DNA from: Candidatus Sulfomarinibacteraceae bacterium
Lineage (GTDB): Bacteria; Acidobacteriota; Thermoanaerobaculia; Thermoanaerobaculales; Sulfomarinibacteraceae
Direction: 5' to 3'
Length of the DNA stretch: 64,000 nt
NCBI GenBank assembly: GCA_963714885.1
Contig: CAVQQV010000038.1
Coordinates: 65,086-129,085 of the forward strand
A program made the position numbers and the translations under genes. This document shows, in pieces, positions 31,835-39,440 of the stretch. The notes under the pieces were generated by a model. It had not been told where the DNA came from, ran no database searches, and saw nothing but the letters and a program-made list of their open reading frames with translations. Positions within the stretch are counted from its first letter, which is position 1. Each line of letters opens with the position of its first letter.

Positions 31835-33472
31835 TCAGATCTTGGTCCAGTTGCGGAGGTTCACGTCGACCCCGAGGGTCCCGATCATCGACCCCCGGTA
31901 ATCCTGGACCGCCACGGCGATAGTGAAACAGGGGTCTCCGGTGAGCAGGGATTCGTAGGCCGGCGTCACCGCCGACCGTCCGTCCCTCGTCACCGCCTGA
32001 TACCACGGGCGATCGGCGTAGGACTGACCGATCGCGACACTGCCCGGCAGACGGCGGTCCCCCACCCGCTCCCGGTTGACGCAGAATGCCACCATGGCAC
32101 CCGAGAGGTCCACGAGGTACGCCAGCTCGAGGAACGGACACTCTTCCAGGAGGTCTTCCAGAAGACCCTCCACCGCTTCGAGGTTGCCCGAGTAGTCGCG
32201 GAGCGCGATGGTCCATTTGAGCAGTTGGTGCCGCAGCGAGTGCTGTGAATCGATGCGAAAGCTCTGAGTCAGGAGCTGGATGGACAGGGCGAGTTGGTTG
32301 AGGCGTTCCGCGGCCTCGGTGTAGCGGTTGAGGCCGTCGGCGATGCGATGGATCACCTCCCCCACCTCGCGCAGCGTCCCGGCCACCTGGTCTGAAGCGC
32401 CGCGTTGCTCCTGGGTGGCCAGCGAGATCTCGCGGGCAGTCCGGGCGGTCTCGGTCAGCGCCCCGCGCAGCTCAGCGATGGCGTCCTGCGCCGACCGGCT
32501 CTGTTCGAGGACCTGATGGGCGGCCTTGCTCCCCTCTTCCGTCGCCAGCACCACGCCGCGGATCGAGTTGGTGAACTCGTCGAGGTGGGCGCGCACCGAG
32601 TCCACCGACTCGCGCGACCGTTCGGCCAGACGCCGCACCTCTTCGGCCACCACCGAAAATCGTTCGCCGTGCTCGCCGGCGGACGACGCTTCGATCGCGG
32701 CGTTCAACGACAGGATGTGGGTCTCCTGAGCAATCTCGGTGATCAGATCGAGCACCCGGTAGATCTCCCGCGAGCGGCTGCCGAGGGTGTCGGCGCGGCC
32801 GGCGATGGCGTCCATGTGCTGTCGCACGGCGTCCACCCCGGCGACCGCCGACTCCACCGAAGCGGCCCCCTCGTCTCCGGCGGTCTCGGAGCGGGCCGCC
32901 AACTCCGCCTGCGCCGCCGAGTTGGCGGCGATCTGACCGGCGGTCCTCGCCAACTCTTCTGTGCTGGCGGTGATTTCGACCACTGCCGCCGCCTGCTGGC
33001 TCGACGCCGACGCCAGCTCGGAGGAGGTCCGTTTCACGGTTCCCGCCGCCCCTGCGACCTCGACCGAGGCCGACTGAATCTGCTGAATCAGGGCCGCCAG
33101 AGCGCGACTCGCACCGCGGACGGCGTCGCGCATCTCGTCCGGCAGTTCGGCCACCGGCGCTGCAGCCGCCACGAGGTCGCCGGAACGGAGCTCGTCGAGC
33201 GCGAGCGCAAGGGCGGCGTTCTGGCTTGCGAAAGTCTGTTCGAGCTCGCGCAGGCGCCTGCCGGCACGCCACTGCGGGAGGTGGACCGCAAACACGTAGA
33301 TTGTGATCGCCAACAACCCGATCACCAGAAAGGCCCTGATGTAGAGCTCACCGTGGGGTTGATCGGCCGAGGCCTCCAACAGGCCGCCTCCTGCGAGAAC
33401 CAGACCCACCAGCAGGGCGGCGCCCAACCACCGGCGCAGCGCTGCCGAAAATTGACCCTCAAGCATCTCCAC
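31835..33472 (-). CDS. Methyl-accepting chemotaxis protein with minimal periplasmic loop and C-terminal Cache/PAS-like domain
   Basis: Two TM helices are separated by about 14 aa. The MA signalling hairpin is EIAQETHILSLNAAIEASSAGEHGERFSVVAEEVRRLAERS. The C-terminal ~150 aa contain a YADRPWYQ-type motif. Confidence 0.88.
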   Translation of the reverse strand: MEMLEGQFSAALRRWLGAALLVGLVLAGGGLLEASADQPHGELYIRAFLVIGLLAITIYVFAVHLPQWRAGRRLRELEQTFASQNAALALALDELRSGDLVAAAAPVAELPDEMRDAVRGASRALAALIQQIQSASVEVAGAAGTVKRTSSELASASSQQAAAVVEITASTEELARTAGQIAANSAAQAELAARSETAGDEGAASVESAVAGVDAVRQHMDAIAGRADTLGSRSREIYRVLDLITEIAQETHILSLNAAIEASSAGEHGERFSVVAEEVRRLAERSRESVDSVRAHLDEFTNSIRGVVLATEEGSKAAHQVLEQSRSAQDAIAELRGALTETARTAREISLATQEQRGASDQVAGTLREVGEVIHRIADGLNRYTEAAERLNQLALSIQLLTQSFRIDSQHSLRHQLLKWTIALRDYSGNLEAVEGLLEDLLEECPFLELAYLVDLSGAMVAFCVNRERVGDRRLPGSVAIGQSYADRPWYQAVTRDGRSAVTPAYESLLTGDPCFTIAVAVQDYRGSMIGTLGVDVNLRNWTKI

Positions 33473-33923
33473 TCCCTTCGACCGACCGGCCGCCTTCGAA
33501 CAGAACCCCGGTGTTGATCACCTTGATCGTCTCGCCCTCGAGATCGACTGTGCCCGCAACCAGGCTGTCGCAGGGACCGTCAGAGATCTCTCCCGCCAGG
33601 TTCTGCACCCGCAGGGCCTCGTTGACCGCAAGACCGACGGCGGTCCAGGAGTCCCGTTTACCGCGCCCGAGGATCACCGTCGTCCGGTGGTGGGACTGGG
33701 GCGCCTCCCCCTCGGCCAGCGAGTGGAGATCGAGAATCGCCAGCGGCTCGCCGGCGTACTGCGCGAGCCCCAGGAGATGGGGTTGTCCGCCGGGCACCGG
33801 GTAACAGGCCAGCCCGCGGACCACGTGCCGTACCTGGGCTGCGGGCACGGCGTAGCACGAACCGCCGGAACGCACCAGAAGAAAGCGTCGATCTCCCTCA
33901 GCAACAGGGACTTCGATGTCCAT
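33459..33923 (-). CDS. cheW: Chemotaxis coupling protein CheW
   Basis: FLLVRSGGSCYAVPAAQVRHVV, LLGLAQYAGEPLAILDL and LAVNEALRV form a CheW-like domain. ATG 33923 has a GAGG upstream. The listed ORF begins at 33977, which would overlap the upstream gene by 41 nt. Confidence 0.85.
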   Translation of the reverse strand: MDIEVPVAEGDRRFLLVRSGGSCYAVPAAQVRHVVRGLACYPVPGGQPHLLGLAQYAGEPLAILDLHSLAEGEAPQSHHRTTVILGRGKRDSWTAVGLAVNEALRVQNLAGEISDGPCDSLVAGTVDLEGETIKVINTGVLFEGGRSVEGSGDA

Positions 33924-33936
33924 GGGCCTCAGGATA

Positions 33937-34815
33937 TCACCCCGCCTCACGACCTCCGTCGCGAACCTCGGAGGCACCCGCCGCCGATCCGGATTCAGAC
34001 CAGTCGAGCTCCGATCCCCGCAGGGAATGCGGAATCAGGAAGACCCCCATCATCACAACCCAGCCGAGCGCCACGGCCACCCTCGTGCGCAGGCCCTTGA
34101 CGGCCGCAACGGTGGCGGGAAGCCATGCCAGAAAGGCGATCAGGGTCTTGTTGTCGGTCAGATCGGTACCAAAGGGCCACCCCGTCCAGTAGGCTCCGAA
34201 GGCGAATTTTTGAACCAAGGGGCCGAGGAAGAGCCCCCCTATCACCAGCAGCCCCATGGCGGTGAGCACCAGACCGCGTCCGCGCGGCGCGCTCCGACGA
34301 GCGACTTCGAAAAGAGCGCGGGTCGAAACCAACATGCTGGCAAACATCGCCAGAATATGAGGCACCAGAACTGCCGCCGGGACCGGATCCCGGAATCGGG
34401 CGACCACCGTTTCACCGGGCGGTACCTGCACCTCGATCCCGCCCGTCTCGACGCGGATCGTGTACTCGACCTTGGCGGCCGCCGGCAGACGGGAGATCGA
34501 GGCTTCCAGACGGCCTGACGAGGACGGTTCCATCACCATTGTCCGGTACGGCTCATCGGTGGGGTACCTCCGCCACTCGACCGCAACCCGGGCGTCACCC
34601 GCCGGCTGCGGCAGTGAGATCACGAGCGAGTCCCGGCCCTCGTTCGACCGCGGCAACCGGTAACGCAGTTCCTGCCCGTCCGCAAGCGTCACCGCGCCGC
34701 GAGACGGATGGCTGGGACCGGTGATCCTCTGAAAGAAGGCCAGCGCCACAGTTACGATGAACGCGGCGACCCACAGCGCTGCCGACAGCCCCCGCCCTTT
34801 TCGCTGTCCCATCAA
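33937..34815 (-). CDS. Hypothetical integral membrane protein (N-terminal anchor, ~130-aa extracytoplasmic beta-rich domain, about 5 TM helices)
   Basis: A 292-aa ORF packed tightly between the cDPG-synthetase-like gene (stop 34816) and cheW. Hydrophobic segments include ALWVAAFIVTVALAFF, VLVPHILAMFASMLV, LVLTAMGLLVIGGLFLG, LIAFLAWLPATVAA and LGWVVMMGVFLI. I recognise no family. Confidence 0.6.
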   Translation of the reverse strand: MMGQRKGRGLSAALWVAAFIVTVALAFFQRITGPSHPSRGAVTLADGQELRYRLPRSNEGRDSLVISLPQPAGDARVAVEWRRYPTDEPYRTMVMEPSSSGRLEASISRLPAAAKVEYTIRVETGGIEVQVPPGETVVARFRDPVPAAVLVPHILAMFASMLVSTRALFEVARRSAPRGRGLVLTAMGLLVIGGLFLGPLVQKFAFGAYWTGWPFGTDLTDNKTLIAFLAWLPATVAAVKGLRTRVAVALGWVVMMGVFLIPHSLRGSELDWSESGSAAGASEVRDGGREAG

Positions 34816-36138
34816 TCAGCGGTTTTCGAACACCCGGCCGACCATCTCCTCGATGACGCCGGGCTCGACCTCTTCAAGCTCATAGCGGACATTGGCGATG
34901 GGCTTGTTGACCTTGATGATCCGCTTGAGGTCGATGGGCGTCCCCTCGACGACCACGTCGGCATCGGTTGCGTTGATGGTTTCCTCGAGCTCGCGAACCT
35001 GCTGCTCGCCATACCCCATGGCGGGCAGGATCTTGGCTGCATTCGGGAACTTGGCGTAGACCTCCTTGATCGAGCCGACAGCGTACGGGCGCGCATCGAC
35101 GATCTCGGCTGCGCCCGCCTGTTTGGCGGCAAACCAGCCGGCGCCGTACTCCATCCCGCCGTGAGTCAGGGTCGGCCCATCCTCCACCACCAGCGCCCTT
35201 TTGCCCGCGATCAGCTTCGGGTCATCGACGGTGATCACGGATCGGCATTTGATGACCTTTGCCGCAGGGTTGGCCGTGTGGCAGGTGTCGAGCACCTGCT
35301 CCACCTTGATCGGGTCCGCGGTGTCGACCTTGTTGACGATCAAAAGGTGTGAGATCCGGAGGTTGGTCTCGCCGGGGTAATAGGACACCTCGTGGCCCGC
35401 CCGGTGGGGATCGACGAGCGTGATGTGGAGGTCCGGACGGTAGAACGGCGTGTCGTTGTTGCCGCCGTCCCACAGAATCACATCGGCCTCCTTCTCGGCC
35501 TCACGCACGATCTTCTCGTAGTCCACACCGGCATAGACCACAAAACCGTTGTCGATGTGCGGTTCGTACTCCTCGCGCTCCTCAATCGTGCACTGGTGGC
35601 GGTCGAGGTCCTCGTAGGTCTCGAAACGCTGGCACGCTTGTTTGGCGAGATCGCCGTACGGCATGGGGTGGCGGATCGCGACGACCCTCTTGCCCATCGC
35701 CTTGAGCATTCTCGACACGTACCGGGTGGTCTGTGATTTGCCGACGCCGGTGCGCACCGCGGTAATGGCGATCACGGGCAGGGTCGACTCGATCATCGTC
35801 TTGGTGGCCGAGCAGATGCCGAAGTGCGGCCCCCAGCCGATGACCTGGCTGCCCTTGTTCATCACGTAGGTGTGGGGCACATCGGAGTAGCTGAACCACA
35901 CCTCGTCCACGTCGTTTTCTTTGATCACCTTTTCCAGGTCACTTTCGGGGAGAATCGGGATCCCATCCGGATACAGCGAACCGGCGAGCACCGGAGGGTA
36001 AACGCGATCTTCGATATCGGGAATCTGGGTGGCGGTGAAGGCGACGACGTCGTAGTCCTCGTTGTCTCTGAACAGGCAGTTGAAGTTGTGGAAATCTCGT
36101 CCAGCCGCGCCCATGATGACGACCTTGGTTCGTGCCAT
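34816..36138 (-). CDS. Cyclic 2,3-diphosphoglycerate synthetase-like P-loop protein (COG2403-type)
   Basis: ATG 36138 is preceded by AGGAGG. MARTKVVIMGAAGRDFHNFN, the P-loop ITAVRTGVGKSQTT, VILWDGGNND and LIVNKVD resemble archaeal cDPG synthetase and the 'predicted GTPase' family. The listed ORF extends to 36435 through repeat DNA. Confidence 0.7.
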   Translation of the reverse strand: MARTKVVIMGAAGRDFHNFNCLFRDNEDYDVVAFTATQIPDIEDRVYPPVLAGSLYPDGIPILPESDLEKVIKENDVDEVWFSYSDVPHTYVMNKGSQVIGWGPHFGICSATKTMIESTLPVIAITAVRTGVGKSQTTRYVSRMLKAMGKRVVAIRHPMPYGDLAKQACQRFETYEDLDRHQCTIEEREEYEPHIDNGFVVYAGVDYEKIVREAEKEADVILWDGGNNDTPFYRPDLHITLVDPHRAGHEVSYYPGETNLRISHLLIVNKVDTADPIKVEQVLDTCHTANPAAKVIKCRSVITVDDPKLIAGKRALVVEDGPTLTHGGMEYGAGWFAAKQAGAAEIVDARPYAVGSIKEVYAKFPNAAKILPAMGYGEQQVRELEETINATDADVVVEGTPIDLKRIIKVNKPIANVRYELEEVEPGVIEEMVGRVFENR

Positions 36139-36221
36139 GATTGTCCTCCTAAGGGAACCATCGTTGTGGCGTCCTCGCCCGATGGTGAGCCGCCGGGTGA
36201 AGCTGAACCGGCAGCGGGGGG

Positions 36222-36230
36222 ATTCTATCA
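36222..36230 (-). promoter_or_regulatory. Extended -10 element candidate (TGATAGAAT) for the cDPG-synthetase-like/che operon
   Basis: The reverse complement of 36222-36230 is TGATAGAAT (TGnTAnAAT). It lies 84 nt upstream of ATG 36138 and 16 nt downstream of heptamer array A. Confidence 0.35.
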
Positions 36231-36246
36231 CTGCCCCCGAGCCCCC

Positions 36247-36281
36247 ATTTCGGATTTCGGATTTCGGATTTCGGATTTCAG
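36247..36281. repeat. Heptanucleotide tandem array A: (ATTTCGG)x4 + ATTTCAG
   Basis: The plus strand reads ATTTCGG ATTTCGG ATTTCGG ATTTCGG ATTTCAG followed by GCCC. It is intergenic. Confidence 0.95.
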
Positions 36282-36498
36282 GCCCGTCAACGGCCTGCCC
36301 AGGGGAGAGCGTCAGACGACTCCCCCACGGGCGGTCAGTCGCAGAAAGCGCTCCGCCGCACGCGGGCCGTTTCCGCGCGTCCTTCCCGAGAGGAGCCAGG
36401 CACGCGGCCCGTCGGACGGGCCGGATGCCAGGCACCTCCGCCGCACGCGGTCACACCAACGTGAGCACTCAGGTGTTTCCCGTCGGTGGGAGGCTGGT

Positions 36499-36535
36499 CC
36501 GAAAATTCCGAAATCCGAAATCCGAAATCCGAAAT
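36499..36535. repeat. Heptanucleotide tandem array B: CCGAAAATT + (CCGAAAT)x4, the inverted complement of array A
   Basis: 36508-36535 is the exact reverse complement of 36247-36274 (28 nt). The array ends 4 nt before the guaA stop codon (36540-36542). Confidence 0.95.
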
Positions 36536-36539
36536 CTGC

Positions 36540-38073
36540 CTACTCCCACTCAATCGTGCCCGGGGGCTTCGAGGTCACGTCGTAGACCACCCGGTTGATC
36601 CCGGCGACCTCGTTGACCACCCGGCGGGCGATGCGATCGAGGATCTCGGGGGGGAAACGATACCAGTCGGCGGTCATGAAATCGGTGGTGGTGACGGCTC
36701 TCACGGCCAGCACGTTCTCGTAGGTCCGCGAGTCGCCCATGACGCCGACGCTCTTCACCGGCAACAGCACGCACAGGGCTTGCGAGATCTCGTCGTACAG
36801 TCCGTTCGAGCGGATCTCCTCGATGACGATGGCGTCGGCCTCCTGGAGGGTGTGCACGCGTTCGCGGGTGACCTCGCCGAGGACCCTGACCGCCAGACCG
36901 GGCCCCGGGAAGGGGTGCCGCCAGACGAAGTCGTGGGGCAGACCGAGCTCCTCCCCCACCCTTCGTCACCTCGTCCTTGAAGAGGTCACGCAGCGGTTCG
37001 ACCAGCTCCAGACCGAGCCGGTCGGGCAGACCGCCGACGTTGTGGTGGGTCTTGATGACCGCCGCCGTGCCGCGCACTCCGGAGCATTCGATGACGTCCG
37101 GATAGAGGGTCCCCTGCGCCAGAAACCGGGCGTCGGGGAATCGTGCCGCCTCTGTCTCGAAGACCTCCACGAACTCGCGGCCGATGATCTTGCGTTTGGT
37201 TTCCGGGTCGTCCACGCCTTCGAGGGCTGAAAAGAACCGGTCGGCGGCGTCGACGCGGTCGAGCTTGAGCCCAAACTCCTCGAAGCTGCGCTCCACCGCG
37301 TCGCCCTCGTCCTGCCGCAGCAGCCCGGTATCGACAAAGATCGGGACCAGACGGTCGCCGACGGCCTCGCGCAAGAGCATCGCGGTCACCGACGAATCCA
37401 CCCCGCCTGAAACGCCGCAGATCACCCGGCCTTCCGTCAGACGGTCGGCGAGCTTCGCCACCAACTCGTGGCGGATCACCGACGGGCTCCAGTCGCGGCG
37501 CGCGCCGGCGAGGGCGATGAACTGCTCGAGCATCCGCGTCCCGTGGGGGGTGTGCCGGACCTCGGGGTGGAACTGCAGACCCACGAATCGCCTTTTCGGG
37601 TCGAAGATGGCCGCCACCTCGGTGGTGGGAGTACGGGCCAGGACCTCAAAACCATCGGGGACCCGTTCCACCAGATCGCCGTGGCTCATCCACACCGGCT
37701 GTTTCCGGGGCGTACCGATAAACACCGGCTCCTCGACGACGACCTCGAGCTCCGCGAAACCGTACTCGCGGTGCGACGAGGCCCGCACGTGCCCGCCGAG
37801 GTCGCGCGCCATGAGGTGGAGGCCGTAGCAGATACCCAGAACCGGAACACCAAGAGAGAAAACCGTCCCGTCGACCTGCGGCGCCCCGTCCTCGAAGACG
37901 CTGGCCGGCCCGCCCGAAAGCACAACCGCAATCGGCGCCAAAGCCTCGATCTCACGTGCCGGAAGGTCGCCGCGTTCGATGACCGTCTTGACCCCAAGCT
38001 CCCGCAAACGGCGCGTGATCAGCTGCGTGTACTGCGACCCGAAATCGAGGATGAGAATGACCTGGTGCTGCAT
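36540..38073 (-). CDS. guaA: GMP synthase (glutamine-hydrolysing), one frameshift near 36960
   Basis: [21 protein letters not shown] and GICYGLHLM form the GATase domain. [13 protein letters not shown] is the PP-loop. The C-terminal dimerisation domain ([12 protein letters not shown]...[10 protein letters not shown]) lies in ORF 36540..36959. The start ATG is at 38073. Confidence 0.93.
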
Positions 38074-38130
38074 GCAAGCTCCCCGGCGCGGTGACGCCAG
38101 CTTTTGTTGGGGCGGAGGATAACAGACACA

Positions 38131-38167
38131 GAATTCGGAATTAGGAATTAGGAATTCGGAATTTCGG
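38131..38167. repeat. Heptanucleotide tandem array C: GAATTCG GAATTAG GAATTAG GAATTCG GAATTTC GG
   Basis: Five 7-nt units lie 58-94 nt upstream of the guaA ATG. The terminal CGGAATTTCGGCCC resembles the ends of arrays A and B. Confidence 0.9.
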
Positions 38168-38425
38168 CCCAGCGTCCCACCGACAGTGAACGATCGAGTA
38201 CTCAGGCGCGTGCGGAAACGAGTCGCGTGCGGTGGAGGTGCCATTTGTCGCATTGTTTGAACTCGACACGTTCACTCGGCATCGAATCGCTTAGGGCAAA
38301 CAATGCGACGGGTGGCTCCTCTCGGGAAGTAAGTACGGAAAGTCGGCGAAGGGCGGAGATTGATCTCCCTCGTAAGAGCCATGAGATGATGGAATGCGGG
38401 CGGGGCGAAAAGGAAATAATCAAGA

Positions 38426-38929
38426 ATGATCAACTGGCTCCGCCGTGTCACTCCCGACCTCTTCCTCGCCGCCGTGGTGGCCCTCCTCATCACTCTTGCT
38501 CTCGACAAGCTCGACACGATCGAAAGCGACCGGATCGTCGGCGGCGTGCGGTGGGCGGCCCGAGACGGACTGACGATCGACGAACGGATCGGGGTCTTCG
38601 AGCAGTTCATCCGGCGTTCGATCTTCGTTCATCAACGGGCGGCGATCGGGGTCCTCGAGCAGTCCATCCGGCGTTCCATCTTCTTTCATCAACCGGTTCT
38701 GGTGGCCGGCGCGGCGATCATTGTCGGATTCATCTGCCGCAATCGACGCTGGGCGTGGCTGACCGCCATCATGGCGATCGTGCCTGCGTTGCTCATGGGC
38801 GCAGGGTTCCTGGTCGACTGCCCCCCTCCCCGGTTCGGTCGTGATGGCGTCCTATGTGACATTGGCGGTCTTCCTCGCCTCCCTCAGCGTTGTCGTCCGA
38901 AACCGATTGGTCCCCGCAGTTGCGCGTGA
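38426..38929 (+). CDS. Hypothetical membrane protein containing an in-frame 57-nt tandem duplication
   Basis: A 167-aa ORF with TM-like segments (LFLAAVVALLITLAL, VLVAGAAIIVGFI, LTAIMAIVPALLMGAGFLV). The C-terminus is uncertain. After the C-run at 38821-38830 another frame encodes a further TM-like segment (SYVTLAVFLASLSVVV). Confidence 0.45.
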   Translation: MINWLRRVTPDLFLAAVVALLITLALDKLDTIESDRIVGGVRWAARDGLTIDERIGVFEQFIRRSIFVHQRAAIGVLEQSIRRSIFFHQPVLVAGAAIIVGFICRNRRWAWLTAIMAIVPALLMGAGFLVDCPPPRFGRDGVLCDIGGLPRLPQRCRPKPIGPRSCA

Positions 38930-38959
38930 ATCACCGTGAGTCCGGCCGGTCACCGGTAT

Positions 38960-38988
38960 TTGACCTGACCCCCGAGCGAAGCTAGGAT
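38960..38988 (+). promoter_or_regulatory. Sigma70-type promoter candidate for the nuo cluster (TTGACC-17 nt-TAGGAT)
   Basis: TTGACC lies at 38960-38965 and TAGGAT at 38983-38988, 37 nt upstream of the nuoA ATG. This is sequence match only. Confidence 0.35.
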
Positions 38989-39024
38989 TCTCTCCGGATT
39001 ACTTGGTCGTTCAAAGGAAGCTTC

Positions 39025-39440
39025 ATGGCGCAACAGTTTCTGCCGGTGCTCATGATCTCTGCTGGTGGCCGGTACCTTCGCCGCGCTGCTGCTCGGCATC
39101 GCCGCCCTGCTCGGCCAACGGACGCGCCAGCGGACCACGGCCAGGGCCGAAAGCTACGAGTCGGGCGTGCCGTTGCTCGACCGCGCCCGCAAGCGGATCT
39201 CCATCAAGTTCTACCTCGTCGCGCTGGTCTTTGTCGTGCTCGACGTCGAGGTGGCCTTTCTCTATCCATGGGCCGTCAACTACCGCGATCTCACGAGCAC
39301 CGGTTCCCTGGTGCCGTTGTGGGACATGGTGGCCTTTCTCGGCCTCCTCGCGCTGACCTACGCCTATCTCTGGCGCAAGGGCGTCTTCGACTGGGGCCGG
39401 CGACGGTCGCCTGCGCCCGAAGAGGGACACCGCTCCATGA
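39025..39440 (+). CDS. nuoA: NADH-quinone oxidoreductase subunit A (2 frameshifts as assembled)
   Basis: MAQQFLPVLMI lies in the 39025 frame. AGTFAALLLGIAALLG...YESGVP...KFYLVALVFVVLDVEVAFLYPWA...YLWRKGVFDW lies in the 39065 frame. A third frame ends at TGA 39438-39440 and overlaps the nuoE ATG (ATGA). Confidence 0.85.

Noticed and set aside
36062-36598. ORFs reading through the heptamer arrays (36062..36598 +, 36335..36553 -, and the N-terminal extension of 34816..36435), giving EIRNPKSEIRN / FRISDFGFRISDF peptides.
   Set aside because: The 7-nt repeat period is not a multiple of three, so the 'peptide repeat' only reflects the 21-nt super-period. The true cDPG-synthetase-like start (ATG 36138 with AGGAGG) lies downstream. 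The guaA C-terminus ends at 36540.
36247-38167. The possibility that the short tandem repeats are a CRISPR array.
   Set aside because: The units are 7 nt with no spacers, the arrays are only ~35 nt long, and no cas genes are in the window.
38930-39025. A Rex operator (TTGTGAA-N6-TTCACAA type) upstream of the nuo cluster, expected because rex follows nuoN.
   Set aside because: No match of even half-site quality was seen upstream of nuoA or rex. The only TTCACAA string (near 4141) is inside gpmI.
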